Position numbers and translations under genes: made by a program. This document shows, in pieces, positions 22,056 to 32,455 of a stretch of DNA of 64,000 bases; position 1 is the stretch's first letter; each line of letters opens with the position of its first letter. This DNA is from an uncultured Gammaproteobacteria bacterium (lineage in GTDB: Bacteria > Pseudomonadota > Gammaproteobacteria > Eutrophobiales > Eutrophobiaceae). The notes beneath the pieces were generated by a model, which was not told the DNA's origin, did not search any database, and was given only the letters and a program-made list of their open reading frames with translations. Location of the stretch: NCBI GenBank assembly GCA_963976795.1, contig CAXBLT010000014.1, positions 2,314-66,313 on the forward strand, read 5' to 3'.

Positions 22056-25000
22056 ATGAAAACGTTATTTAAATACTCAGGCTTTTTACCGTATATCATT
22101 GTTGTCTTTCTGAATGCCTTTGTTGATCTGGGCCATAAGATCATTATTCAGAATACGGTGTTTAAGATTTATGATGGACAGGAACAAATATTTTTAACGG
22201 CGATCGTCAATGCGTTGATTCTATTACCTTTCATATTACTCCTCTCTCCTGCAGGTTTTTGTTCCGATAAATTCCCAAAGAACAAAGTAATGCGGATAAG
22301 TGCGTGGGTCGCTGTCGGCATTACCTTGTGCATTACATTGTTTTATTATCTGGGCTGGTTTTGGCCTGCCTTTGCCATGACCTTTACCCTGGCATTACAA
22401 AGTGCATTTTATTCGCCAGCGAAATATGGCTACATCAAAGAGATGGTCGGCAAAGATAATCTGGCTAGAGCAAATGGCTTAGTACAGGCGACGACAACGA
22501 TAGCTATTCTTGCTGGGATATTTGTATTTTCAATTCTTTTTGAACAGTTTTTAATCGACTCAATATATAGCGATACGTCTTCATTACTAATGAATATTGC
22601 CCCAATCGGCTGGGGGTTGGTTGCATTCAGTATTATTGAACTAGGTCTTGCTTATATGTTGCCTCAGAAACATCCTGTTGATGAGGAGATGAAGTTTGAT
22701 TTAAAAGAATATAGCCGCGGGAATTATTTGAGATCGAATATGGGTGTCGTGCTTGATCGTGAAGTCATCTTTCTATCAATTATTGGATTAGCAATATTCT
22801 GGGCGATATCACAAGTTATGTTGGCGGCGTTTCCGGCTTACGCGAAGGAAACATTAGGCATTACCAATACCATTATCATTCAGGGAATCCTGGCTTGCGC
22901 CGGTATGGGTATTATGTTGGGTTCAATCATTGCTGGACGTATTTCCAGAACACATATCGAAACCGGCATGATTCCAGTAGGATCGATTGGGATTGCAATT
23001 TGTTTGTTGATACTGCCTAGCTTGGACAATGCTTATCTACAAGCAGTTCTATTTTTTGGCTGGGGCATGTTCGGTGGGTTTTTATTAATCCCGTTAAATT
23101 CATTGATACAGTTTCATGCTGAAGAAGATGAGTTGGGTCGTGTGCTCGCGGGGAGTAACTTGATTCAAAATACGGTGATGTTGACCTTTCTTGGTTTGAC
23201 GGTCTTATTTGCGTTTTACGGGATGAATAGCCTTGGGTTGTTTAACATCTTACTAGTCGTTGCCGTAGTCGGAACAATCTATACGGCTTATAAGCTACCA
23301 CAGTCACTGGTTCGGTTTATTGTTAGTTACATCATTGGTCATCGTTATCGTCTTCAGGTCTTGGGTTTAAAAAACATTCCGGAGCAAGGTGGCGTTTTGA
23401 TGTTGGGTAACCACATTAGTTGGATCGATTGGGGCATTATTCAGATGGCCTCACCTCGACCTATTCGTTTCGTTATGATTCGGAATATTTATGAACGTTG
23501 GTATCTGAAATGGTTTCTAGATATTTTTAATGTAATTCCTGTCTCTGCTGGGGCGAGTAAAGGGGCTCTTCAAAAAATTAATGAGAGTTTAAACAATGGT
23601 GATGTGGTTTGTTTATTTCCTGAAGGTACCATCAGTCGCACCGGGCAGTTAGGTGAGTTCCAACGAGGTTTTGAAAAGGCTGCGGAAGAAGCCAATGCGG
23701 TCATTCTACCATTTTACCTACGTGGTCTATGGGGTAGTTGGTTTTCACGATCCAGTGAAAAATTAAAAAACCTTCGTAGCAGTGGCATCAAACACGACAT
23801 CATTGTTGCTTTTGGTGAAACGTTACCAATTGATACAACAACTGATGAATTAAAGAAACGAGTGTTTGATTTGTCAATTGATTCTTGGGAGCACTACACT
23901 AGTGACTTACCTTCAATCGGTACGGCTTTTATTGATACTGCAAAACGTAATAGTGATGAATTAACCGTTGCTGATTCTTTAGCCGGGCCATTAAACGGTA
24001 ATAAATTCTTAACTGGAGTGATATGTTTTTCCCGATTGATTAAAAAATATTCAAAAGAGCAAAATGTCGGTTTGTTACTCCCGACCAGTAGTGCCGGTGC
24101 TATTGCTAATATGTCAGCTATCCTCTGTGGTAAGACTGTCGTTAATCTCAATTTTACTGCCAGTCGCGAAGCATTACAGGGTTCAGTAACGAAAGCGGGT
24201 ATTAAAACAGTCTATACCTCGCGTAAGTTTATGGAAAAACTGGCTAAGAAGGGAATCGACCTAAATGATGCGTTTTCAGACAGTCAGTTTATCTACATGG
24301 AAGATCTTAAAACGGAAATTAGTAAAGTGACCGGTTTATGCACTTTAATAACGGTAATGCTTTTACCTGCAGCGGTATTAAAGTTTCTCTATTGCAAGAA
24401 GGTAGATATAAATACGCCAGCTGCAATATTGTTTTCCAGTGGTAGCGAAGGCACACCAAAAGGGGTAATGCTGAGCCATCGTAATATCATGGCTAATCTG
24501 AAACAGATCTCGGATATGCTGAACACTCAAGACACCGATGTTGTTATGGCAAGCCTGCCCTTGTTCCATGCCTTTGGCATAACTGTGACGACCTTCATGC
24601 CTTTGGTCGAAGGTATACCAATGATTTGCCATCCTGATCCCACCGATGCGGTTAATATCTCAAAAGCGATTGCAAAATATCGTGCAACTATCTTTTGTGG
24701 AACTTCAACCTTTTTAAGACTTTATACGAAGAATAAACGCATACATCCACTGATGTTGGAGTCTTTACGTATTGTAGTCGCTGGTGCAGAAAAACTCAGT
24801 CCGGATGTGCGTGATGCCTTTAAGTTAAAATTTAATAAAGACATCTATGAAGGTTATGGTGCTACCGAAACAACACCAGTTGCCAGTGTGAATATTCCTG
24901 ATGCGCTCGATGTAAATTACTGGTCAGTTCAATTGGGTAATAAACAAGGTACGGTCGGCATGCCATTACCCGGTACCAGTTTTCGAATCGTTGATCCTGA

Positions 25001-25508
25001 TTCATTAGAAGAATTGGGAACTGGTGAAGATGGTCTAATCTTAATCGGTGGTAGTCAGGTGATGCTGGGTTATCTGGATGATGAAGAAAAGACTAATGAA
25101 GTGATCACGATTCTTGATGATAAACGTTGGTATAAGACTGGTGACAAAGGTCATCTCGATGAGGATGGATTCTTGAGTATTGTTGATCGTTATTCACGCT
25201 TTGCTAAACTTGGCGGGGAAATGATTAGTCTAACTGCGGTTGAAGAAGTAGTTAGAAATGCTTTAAATGAGCCAGAGCTAGAATTGCTTGCAGTGAATCT
25301 CCCCGATGAAAAGAAAGGTGAAAAAATAATCCTCATGATCACAAAAGAAATTGAGCTTGCTAATGTTAAAAAGGCAATGTTGGATTCAGGTGCGAACCCA
25401 TTAATGATTCCTGCTGAGGTGAAAGTTGTTGAAGAAATACCAAAGCTGGGTAGTGGTAAGACTGATTTTAAGGGGGCTAAGAAATTGCTGTTTGATAAAA
25501 ATGTATAA
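22056..25508 (+). CDS. aas: tri-domain fusion: MFS lysophospholipid transporter (LplT-like) + PlsC acyltransferase + AMP-binding acyl-ACP synthetase (Aas-like)
   Basis: 1150 aa; 12-TM MFS N-terminus; HX4D-like acyltransferase motif NHISWIDW; AMP-binding motifs SSGSEGTPKGV and YGATETT. Confidence 0.8.
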   Translation: MKTLFKYSGFLPYIIVVFLNAFVDLGHKIIIQNTVFKIYDGQEQIFLTAIVNALILLPFILLLSPAGFCSDKFPKNKVMRISAWVAVGITLCITLFYYLGWFWPAFAMTFTLALQSAFYSPAKYGYIKEMVGKDNLARANGLVQATTTIAILAGIFVFSILFEQFLIDSIYSDTSSLLMNIAPIGWGLVAFSIIELGLAYMLPQKHPVDEEMKFDLKEYSRGNYLRSNMGVVLDREVIFLSIIGLAIFWAISQVMLAAFPAYAKETLGITNTIIIQGILACAGMGIMLGSIIAGRISRTHIETGMIPVGSIGIAICLLILPSLDNAYLQAVLFFGWGMFGGFLLIPLNSLIQFHAEEDELGRVLAGSNLIQNTVMLTFLGLTVLFAFYGMNSLGLFNILLVVAVVGTIYTAYKLPQSLVRFIVSYIIGHRYRLQVLGLKNIPEQGGVLMLGNHISWIDWGIIQMASPRPIRFVMIRNIYERWYLKWFLDIFNVIPVSAGASKGALQKINESLNNGDVVCLFPEGTISRTGQLGEFQRGFEKAAEEANAVILPFYLRGLWGSWFSRSSEKLKNLRSSGIKHDIIVAFGETLPIDTTTDELKKRVFDLSIDSWEHYTSDLPSIGTAFIDTAKRNSDELTVADSLAGPLNGNKFLTGVICFSRLIKKYSKEQNVGLLLPTSSAGAIANMSAILCGKTVVNLNFTASREALQGSVTKAGIKTVYTSRKFMEKLAKKGIDLNDAFSDSQFIYMEDLKTEISKVTGLCTLITVMLLPAAVLKFLYCKKVDINTPAAILFSSGSEGTPKGVMLSHRNIMANLKQISDMLNTQDTDVVMASLPLFHAFGITVTTFMPLVEGIPMICHPDPTDAVNISKAIAKYRATIFCGTSTFLRLYTKNKRIHPLMLESLRIVVAGAEKLSPDVRDAFKLKFNKDIYEGYGATETTPVASVNIPDALDVNYWSVQLGNKQGTVGMPLPGTSFRIVDPDSLEELGTGEDGLILIGGSQVMLGYLDDEEKTNEVITILDDKRWYKTGDKGHLDEDGFLSIVDRYSRFAKLGGEMISLTAVEEVVRNALNEPELELLAVNLPDEKKGEKIILMITKEIELANVKKAMLDSGANPLMIPAEVKVVEEIPKLGSGKTDFKGAKKLLFDKNV

Positions 25509-25673
25509 TAATTGAGGGCTGAAGGATGTTAATTATTAACCTACAATAGAGAACCTTAATAAGTATGGGCAACGAAGAACATAAATCAGCTCTTTGAGAT
25601 AAATCATAGTGATAAATTTAATATGATTTTGCCACTTGGGTATTATCGTAAAACAATGGAAAAGGATAATGAT

Positions 25674-26564
25674 ATGAAACTACAAACACCTCTCGTATCG
25701 ACAGACTGGCTTGATGAACATTTAGGAAAACCAGAACTAAGGATCTATGACGTTACGCTTTACGTCGAATATAAAGGTGATGCGGGTGACAGTTTCGGTG
25801 GTTATAACCTGGATTCTGAAACTCCTCGTAAAGAGTGGGAACAGGCGCATATACCTGGTTCAGGTTTTATCGATATTAATGCTGAATTGTTCGACTCAAA
25901 TAACAGTGTTCCATTTATGATGCCGGCACCGGAAACATTTGCCACAGCGATCGCAACGCATGGCGTATCTGATAAAACGACTGTTGTTCTGTTTAGTAAG
26001 GGAAGTCAGATGTGGGCTACAAGGATTTGGTGGATGTTACGCTCTATCGGATTTGACAATGTGGCTGTATTGGACGGCGGATGGGAGAAGTGGCAACGTG
26101 AAGGACGCTCCACGGATAGGGAGGGTTCCAATTATCCGACAGGAAAGCTTTCTGTGACCCCGCGGCCCGAGATGTGGGTTGATAAACATAAGATGCTTGA
26201 AGTTATAGAGAAAGGTGGTCCGACCATGGTCAATGCATTGCCCACCGAAGTGTATACAGGGGAATTAAACCGCTATGGTCGACCCGGGCACCTGCCAGGC
26301 AGCTACAGCGTGCCTTATGACTCTCTCCTTAATCCTGACACAGGTGAGTTTCTGGAACCGGATGAGTTGCGTCCATTGTTTACAGAGAGTGGAGCCTTAC
26401 AGACAGATAAAGTTATTGCTTATTGTGGTGGCGGTATTTCTGCAACCATGGATTGTCTGGCCATGAGTTTATGTGGGCAAGATAATGTCTCTGTTTACGA
26501 TGGCTCTATGAATGAGTGGGTTCTCGATGAGTCCCTGCCTCTTAAACTTGGTGCTGAGCCGTAG
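25674..26564 (+). CDS. rhodanese-domain sulfurtransferase (3-mercaptopyruvate/thiosulfate sulfurtransferase-like)
   Basis: tandem rhodanese domains, active-site Cys in CGGGISA; ORF-track start 25623 probably too far upstream, MKLQTPLVSTDWL fits SseA N-terminus. Confidence 0.8.
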   Translation: MKLQTPLVSTDWLDEHLGKPELRIYDVTLYVEYKGDAGDSFGGYNLDSETPRKEWEQAHIPGSGFIDINAELFDSNNSVPFMMPAPETFATAIATHGVSDKTTVVLFSKGSQMWATRIWWMLRSIGFDNVAVLDGGWEKWQREGRSTDREGSNYPTGKLSVTPRPEMWVDKHKMLEVIEKGGPTMVNALPTEVYTGELNRYGRPGHLPGSYSVPYDSLLNPDTGEFLEPDELRPLFTESGALQTDKVIAYCGGGISATMDCLAMSLCGQDNVSVYDGSMNEWVLDESLPLKLGAEP

Positions 26565-26711
26565 TTCTAAGAGATTGCGTGAGATATTTTGCAGAATGTA
26601 ATTTAGCTCTGGGCTATAGCGCACTGACATCTGCGCTGTTTAGTTTGAAGAATAAAAATATGTTTCTTCGTCTATTAATCCTAAAGTTCAGTTGAACCTG
26701 TGAAAGCGTAT

Positions 26712-26798
26712 TGGTGCCGAGAAGAGGACTTGAACCTCCACGAGCATAAGCTCACTAGCACCTGAAGCTAGCGCGTCTACCAATTCCGCCACCTCGGC
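26712..26798 (-). tRNA. tRNA-Leu (anticodon CAG)
   Basis: rc reads GCCGAGGTGGCGGAATTGGTAGACGCGCTAGCTTCAGGTGCTAG...GGTTCAAGTCC...CGGCACCA; 87 nt with long variable arm, anticodon loop TTCAGGT. Confidence 0.93.
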
Positions 26799-26842
26799 AT
26801 ATTTTAAATTGGCACCAAATTTAATGTTCTAGTTCTATTTTT

Positions 26843-26860
26843 AAAAACGCGCTAAGCGCG
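26843..26860 (-). terminator. rho-independent terminator (minus strand) downstream of tRNA-Leu 5' fragment-like element
   Basis: cgcgc-tta-gcgcg hairpin followed by TTTTT on minus strand. Confidence 0.5.
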
Positions 26861-26907
26861 ATCGCTCTTCTGCATCCATGCAGCCGCGACACTCGGACTC
26901 CTGTCCA

Positions 26908-26933
26908 GCGTCTACCAGTTCCGCCACCTCAGC
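26908..26933 (-). pseudogene. tRNA-Leu 5' fragment (acceptor + D arm only)
   Basis: 24/26 nt identical to 5' end of adjacent tRNA-Leu; downstream sequence cannot fold into anticodon/T arms. Confidence 0.6.
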
Positions 26934-27006
26934 ATGTGTTATAGTGTTGGAACCAAAGAGGGCGGACTTTAACCAGCCTCTATAATATTGTCAATCCACA
27001 AAGGTC

Positions 27007-29166
27007 ATGGGTAAAAAATCTAAACCACAATCATCCTCGAATAAAGTCTTTAAGTTACCAGAACGCGAAGCCATATTGGCGTTCCTGCGCGAAGCTGGTC
27101 GACCATTGAAGCGTAAGCAATTTGCAGAGGCATTTGTTATTCGCGATCCGGAAATTCGTCAGGCATTAGGTCGTAGGCTTAAAGCGATGGAACGTGACGG
27201 TCAATTGATTCGTAATCGACGTGGTAGTTATGGATTGATCGAGAAAATGGATCTGATTAAAGGTCGGGTTATCGGTCATCCTGATGGTTATGGGTTTGTC
27301 GTTCCCGATGAAGGTGGTAAAGATTTGTTTTTATCAGGAAAGGAGATGCGCACGGTCTTAAATGGCGACCGTGTATTAGTTCGTCAGGTTAGCGTTAGTA
27401 AACAAGGTAAACGCGAAGGCGGATTAGTTGAAGTCTTGGAGCGCGCGAATACACAACTAGTAGGCCGTTACTATGAAGAGCAAGGTATTGCTTATATTGT
27501 TCCGGATAATAAGCGTATAAGTCAGGATCTATTAGTCCCGGCAAAGAATAAAAACAAAGCAAAGAACGGGCAATATGTCGTTGCTAAAATTGTGCACCAG
27601 CCTGAAAAGCATAGACAAGCTATAGCTGAAGTGTTGAGTATTATTGGTGACGGTCTTGATGCAAGCATGGCAGTTGATATTGCTATTAGAAGCTATGACA
27701 TCCCGTTTGAATGGTCAGAAGAAATTGAAAAAGACATTGAAAGATTAACCGAGGAAGTCGACTCAGAAAATATATCCAATAGAGTTGATAGCCGTGATGT
27801 TCCCTTTGTTACGATAGATGGCGAAGATGCACGTGACTTTGATGACGCAGTTTTTTGCCAAAAAGAAGGGGGTGGTTGGCGTTTGCTAGTAGCTATTGCT
27901 GATGTCTCGCATTATGTAAAAAAGCTAAGTGCGCTCGATGATGAAGCTCGTTTACGAGGGACTTCCGTTTATTTTCCTGACCGTGTTGTTCCCATGTTGC
28001 CCGAGATACTGTCGAATGGTTTGTGTTCTCTTAAACCAAAAGTTGATCGATATAGTCTGGTTTGCGAATTAAACATTGATGCTAAAGGCAAGGTGAAACA
28101 TTCTTCTTTCTTTAAGGGGATTATTAAATCAGCGGCTCGCTTAACCTATACAGAAATGTCTGCGATTGTTGTTGAAAAAAATAGCGATGCTAGACAGAAA
28201 CATGAAGCGCTTGTAAATCATCTTGATGATTTATATCAGTTATATCAACTACTACATGGAGAACGGAAGAAACAAGGTCTCATTGACTTTTCTTCACTCG
28301 AATCGCGATTTGAATTTAATGACAAAGGCCATATTGAAGCTATTCATACCGCTGAAAGAAATGAGGCTCATCGTTTAATCGAAGAGATGATGTTGGTGGC
28401 CAATGTTGCAGCCGGTGAGTTTCTTGAAAAAAATGAGATTCCAGCAATGTATCGTATTCACGAGACGCCGAAACTGGATAAACTTGAGAATGTGCGGTCA
28501 TTATTATCGCAATTGGGCTTGTCTTTAGGCGGTGGTGAGGAGCCGACCTCTAAAGATTATGCAAAGTTAATGGACGTCATTAGAAAACGCGATGATGCGC
28601 AAATGTTGGAAACGGTGTTATTACGAAGTATGCCGCTTGCATCCTACAGCATGGTGAATGAAGGTCATTTTGGATTGGGATTCCCTATTTATGCTCACTT
28701 CACTTCACCTATTCGCCGCTACCCTGATCTTATGGTTCATCGGGGGATTGTGCATATTCTCGAAGGTAAAACGGCTACAACGTTTAATTATTCTCCGCAA
28801 CAAGTGTTGGAGTTGGCCGAACACTGTTCAATGACAGAGCGCCGTGCGGAAGAGGCATCACGCGATGCGGTGCAGCGGCTTAAGTGCGCCTTTATGGAAG
28901 ATAAGGTAGGCGAAACATTTAGTGGCATGGTGAGTTCTGTTACATCATTTGGTTTATTTGTCGTGTTGGATGATATATTTATTGAAGGATTGGTTCATAT
29001 TAGTAATCTCCCGGTTGATTATTATCATTTTGATGAAATTACGCATACTTTACGTGGTGAACGTGGAGGTAAGGTTTTCAAGCTTGGACAGACACTCGAA
29101 GTGCTTGTCACACGAGTTGATTTAGAAGAACGTAAAATAGACTTTGAACTAAAAGAGAATGAGTAA
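27007..29166 (+). CDS. rnr: ribonuclease R
   Basis: 719 aa, RNB catalytic domain, cold-shock and S1 domains. Confidence 0.95.
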   Translation: MGKKSKPQSSSNKVFKLPEREAILAFLREAGRPLKRKQFAEAFVIRDPEIRQALGRRLKAMERDGQLIRNRRGSYGLIEKMDLIKGRVIGHPDGYGFVVPDEGGKDLFLSGKEMRTVLNGDRVLVRQVSVSKQGKREGGLVEVLERANTQLVGRYYEEQGIAYIVPDNKRISQDLLVPAKNKNKAKNGQYVVAKIVHQPEKHRQAIAEVLSIIGDGLDASMAVDIAIRSYDIPFEWSEEIEKDIERLTEEVDSENISNRVDSRDVPFVTIDGEDARDFDDAVFCQKEGGGWRLLVAIADVSHYVKKLSALDDEARLRGTSVYFPDRVVPMLPEILSNGLCSLKPKVDRYSLVCELNIDAKGKVKHSSFFKGIIKSAARLTYTEMSAIVVEKNSDARQKHEALVNHLDDLYQLYQLLHGERKKQGLIDFSSLESRFEFNDKGHIEAIHTAERNEAHRLIEEMMLVANVAAGEFLEKNEIPAMYRIHETPKLDKLENVRSLLSQLGLSLGGGEEPTSKDYAKLMDVIRKRDDAQMLETVLLRSMPLASYSMVNEGHFGLGFPIYAHFTSPIRRYPDLMVHRGIVHILEGKTATTFNYSPQQVLELAEHCSMTERRAEEASRDAVQRLKCAFMEDKVGETFSGMVSSVTSFGLFVVLDDIFIEGLVHISNLPVDYYHFDEITHTLRGERGGKVFKLGQTLEVLVTRVDLEERKIDFELKENE

Positions 29167-29908
29167 ACGAACAGATCGAATTTTTGGGCTGCATGCGGTT
29201 AAGCAGGTTTTAGAAAATTCACCTGAAAAAATCTTAAGTGTCTTGATACAAGAATCAATTCAGTCCGATTCAGTGAACTCTATTCACGAGACACTAAATA
29301 AATTAGGTGTGTCGGTTCAGACGGCGTCACGTTCTACCCTGAGCAAGATGGTTAAGAACCAGAATCATCAGGGTGTGATTATGGAGGTTAGAAAAGCAGC
29401 AAAAAAAACTGAGCATGATCTCGATGATGTTTTAGAACAAAATCAAGACGCTAACCCGCTCTATTTGATTCTGGACTCAGTACAAGACCCACATAATCTC
29501 GGCGCTTGTATTCGTACCGCTGATGCGGCAGGCGTTACAGCGGTAATCATCCCGAATGATCGCGCAGCAAGTATCAATGAAACAGTGCGTAAAGTCGCGA
29601 GTGGCGCAGTAGAAAACGTCACCGTTATCAGTGTGGTGAATCTAGTCCGTGCAATAAAGAAGATAAAGGAAGCTGGCGTTTGGGTGGTTGGAACTGCAGG
29701 AGATGCGGAGCAAACGATCTATGAGCTTGATTTAAAGATTCCTACAGCTATTGTCATGGGCGGTGAAGGTAAAGGCATGAGAGATTCGGTTCAGAAAGAA
29801 TGCGACTACACCGCTTCGTTACCTATTCATGGTAATGTTGAGAGCTTGAATGTCTCGGTCGCAGCCGGAGTGGCTTTATATGAGGTTCTCAGGCAACGAA
29901 GCACCTGA
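29159..29908 (+). CDS. rlmB: 23S rRNA (guanosine2251-2'-O)-methyltransferase
   Basis: 249 aa SpoU/TrmH family, conserved rnr-rlmB pairing. Confidence 0.9.
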   Translation: MSKRTDRIFGLHAVKQVLENSPEKILSVLIQESIQSDSVNSIHETLNKLGVSVQTASRSTLSKMVKNQNHQGVIMEVRKAAKKTEHDLDDVLEQNQDANPLYLILDSVQDPHNLGACIRTADAAGVTAVIIPNDRAASINETVRKVASGAVENVTVISVVNLVRAIKKIKEAGVWVVGTAGDAEQTIYELDLKIPTAIVMGGEGKGMRDSVQKECDYTASLPIHGNVESLNVSVAAGVALYEVLRQRST

Positions 29909-29995
29909 ATCCAACTGGTTTAGCATGAAAACTCAGAAAAATAGCGATGTTTGGTTATTTTCAGACTGATTTCTGAAATTTCAGCTCGTATCGCA

Positions 29996-30024
29996 TTGCA
30001 GTGGACGAGGCAATCCATTAGAAT
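29996..30024 (+). promoter_or_regulatory. sigma70-type promoter upstream of rpsF (TTGCAG-17-TAGAAT), followed by structured rpsF leader
   Basis: good -35/-10 with 17-nt spacer ~70 nt upstream of rpsF ATG; rpsF leaders are known S6:S18 autoregulatory elements. Confidence 0.5.
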
Positions 30025-30093
30025 CGCGCCACTTTACACGTCCTTGCCTCACCCTGAAATGCTGGGGAGGCTATTAACCCTTGAGGATACACA

Positions 30094-30588
30094 ATGAGAC
30101 ACTATGAAATCGTCTTTCTGGTTCATCCGGATCAGAGCGAGCAAGTTCCTGCGATGATAGATCGTTATCAGAGCATTATCACAAGCAACAACGGCACAAT
30201 CCATCGTTTGGAAGATTGGGGTCGTCGGCTTTTGGCATACCCTATTAACAAGATCCATAAGGCACACTATGTTCTGATGAATATCGAATGTGATGCCGAA
30301 TCTCTGAATCAACTGACGGACGGTTTTCGATTTAACGATGCTGTTATCCGTAATCTGGTTATTAAAAAGGATGAAGCTGTTACTGAGGCATCACACTTGA
30401 TTAAATCCAAGGACGAAGAAGAAACTCGACCAGCACCCGTAACGGCAGCTGCTACTCCGGCAGAAGCACCAGTGGAAACGGCAACTGCTGAAGAAGCTGC
30501 TCCAGTAGAACCTGCTGCGGCTGTAGAGGAATCAAGTAAGGACGAAGCAGTTGAAGAAGCTGCCGATAAGTCTGAATCAGAAGATTAA
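30094..30588 (+). CDS. rpsF: 30S ribosomal protein S6 (with extended acidic/Ala-Pro-rich C-terminal tail)
   Basis: 164 aa vs ~130 typical; N-terminal [14 protein letters not shown]. Confidence 0.95.
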   Translation: MRHYEIVFLVHPDQSEQVPAMIDRYQSIITSNNGTIHRLEDWGRRLLAYPINKIHKAHYVLMNIECDAESLNQLTDGFRFNDAVIRNLVIKKDEAVTEASHLIKSKDEEETRPAPVTAAATPAEAPVETATAEEAAPVEPAAAVEESSKDEAVEEAADKSESED

Positions 30589-30605
30589 ATTGAGAGGATT
30601 ATAAA

Positions 30606-30830
30606 ATGGCTCGTTATTTCAAACGTAAAAGATTTTGCAGGTTTACTGCAGATGGTGTGAAAGAGATTGATTACAAAGATCTCAATACATTAAAAAATTA
30701 TGTATCTGAAAATGGAAAGATTGTTCCAAGCAGAATTTCAGGTACAAATGCTCGTTATCAAAGACAGTTATCAACTGCAATTAAGCGTGCGCGCTATCTT
30801 GCTTTGATTCCTTATTGTGACGCGCATTAG
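30606..30830 (+). CDS. rpsR: 30S ribosomal protein S18
   Basis: 74 aa, directly follows rpsF (no priB between). Confidence 0.95.
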   Translation: MARYFKRKRFCRFTADGVKEIDYKDLNTLKNYVSENGKIVPSRISGTNARYQRQLSTAIKRARYLALIPYCDAH

Positions 30831-30936
30831 GCTGGACTAAATAAAGTATATGTAGCATATGTTCATCTACTACTTAGATGGACATATTTTAATGCGAAAA
30901 CCAATTGTAATTTGGTCAAGCAAGAGTCATTACTAA

Positions 30937-31839
30937 ATGATCGGTAACTATCTATTAAGTGGCAGGTTTCAGGCCATTGCAGCGACAACCTTTAGTGCCT
31001 TGATTTCGTTGTTATTGCCGCCACTTGCCTTTCTGATTAATGGCTCTGTTGTCGCTTTGATTACCCTGAGGAAAGGGGCATCTACAGCGTTGCAAATTTT
31101 GATGACAAGCCTATTGCTATTATTGGCTTTCTCATTGCTTGCAAATCTGCCAATAGAACTGGTTTTCGGCTACGCGTTGGTGATCTGGTTACCTGTTTGG
31201 TCCGCAGCAATGACACTGCGTTTTTGTGAACAGCAGGGCTTGTTGCTGTTTGTAGTCGGATTATTGGCAGCGGTGTTGATTGTTGCGATATATCTCATTA
31301 TTGGTGATGTATCTGGATGGTGGCAACAGTGGTTGGTTATCATGCTAGAAAAAACAGTGCCGCCAGAAGATATCGGGCAGTATCAGAAAGTATTGGCCCC
31401 AGCGGCAGGTATGATCAACGCGATGATGATTACCGGTTTTATGCTGAATGTAGTCATTAGTGTTTTGTGTGGTAGGTGGTGGCAGTCAAGATTATTTAAT
31501 CCCGGGGCATTTCGAAAGGAATTTTATGCACTGAGCTTACCATCAAAAATATTACCAGCGAGTGCTTTGATTGTATTATTGGTATTGACGCTAGCTGAAC
31601 CATGGCAAGCTTTGTTTAGGGATATTATGGTTGTTTTGATGTTTATGTATTTGATGCAAGGAATCTCATCAGTACATCGAAATGTTGATAAATTTAAATT
31701 ATCAACGGCCTGGATAGTATCGATGTATTGTTTGTTAGTGCTCCTGCCGCAAATGGCATTACTTATTGCCTGTTTAGGCATGACAGATGTTTATGTTGGT
31801 TGGCGTAGAAGGAAAATTGGCTCCAAAAATGAATTGTGA
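30937..31839 (+). CDS. DUF2232-like polytopic membrane protein
   Basis: 300 aa, conserved rpsR-(membrane protein)-rplI arrangement seen in Pseudomonas-like genomes. Confidence 0.6.
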   Translation: MIGNYLLSGRFQAIAATTFSALISLLLPPLAFLINGSVVALITLRKGASTALQILMTSLLLLLAFSLLANLPIELVFGYALVIWLPVWSAAMTLRFCEQQGLLLFVVGLLAAVLIVAIYLIIGDVSGWWQQWLVIMLEKTVPPEDIGQYQKVLAPAAGMINAMMITGFMLNVVISVLCGRWWQSRLFNPGAFRKEFYALSLPSKILPASALIVLLVLTLAEPWQALFRDIMVVLMFMYLMQGISSVHRNVDKFKLSTAWIVSMYCLLVLLPQMALLIACLGMTDVYVGWRRRKIGSKNEL

Positions 31840-31898
31840 AGCGAGTCAGTTTGTAAAGAATCTGTTATTATAAAATCGTTATGAATTGAGGTAATCTG

Positions 31899-32354
31899 AT
31901 GGAAGTTATTTTGCTTGAAAAGGTACATAAACTCGGTGAGTTAGGCGATCAAGTCAAGGTCAAACCTGGATTTGGTAGAAACTACCTTATCCCAAGTGGC
32001 AAAGCTGTGTCTGCAACTGTTGACAATATTGCCAAGTTTGATGCTCGCAGGGCTGAGCTTGAAAAACACCAACAAGAATCGTTAGCTGCGGCGACTGCTC
32101 GCGCTGAGAATTTAAATACGGTAAGTATTTCTATCGTACGTAAAGCAGGTGCTGAAGGTAAATTATTTGGTTCGGTTGGCACTATCGATATCGCTGATGC
32201 AGTTACTGAGTCTGGTGTCGAGTTGGCTAAGCATGAAATTAGATTGCCGGATGGACCGATACGTAGCACGGGTGAATTTGAAGTTGATGTTCATCTTCAT
32301 GCGGATGTAGCTGCCAAAATAAAGGTGACTGTTGTTTCGGAAGAAGAAGATTAG
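31899..32354 (+). CDS. rplI: 50S ribosomal protein L9
   Basis: 151 aa, [32 protein letters not shown]. Confidence 0.95.
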   Translation: MEVILLEKVHKLGELGDQVKVKPGFGRNYLIPSGKAVSATVDNIAKFDARRAELEKHQQESLAAATARAENLNTVSISIVRKAGAEGKLFGSVGTIDIADAVTESGVELAKHEIRLPDGPIRSTGEFEVDVHLHADVAAKIKVTVVSEEED

Positions 32355-32390
32355 TTTTTCATTCGGGACAGCAATATAATTAATTCTTCT

Positions 32391-32427
32391 AAATAGCCTT
32401 TAAATTAAGGCTATTTACTGTTTTATT
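32391..32427 (+). terminator. rho-independent terminator after rplI
   Basis: near-perfect 10-bp inverted repeat aaatagcctt/aaggctattt followed by ctgttttattt. Confidence 0.65.
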
Positions 32428-32455
32428 TGGATCGATTCTCGATCCAGGGACTGTT

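Noticed and set aside
26861-26960. Second complete tRNA gene upstream of tRNA-Leu
   Set aside because: Only the acceptor/D-arm portion matches; no anticodon stem-loop, T-arm (GTTCRANYC) or CCA-proximal acceptor strand can be formed, so it is annotated as a fragment.
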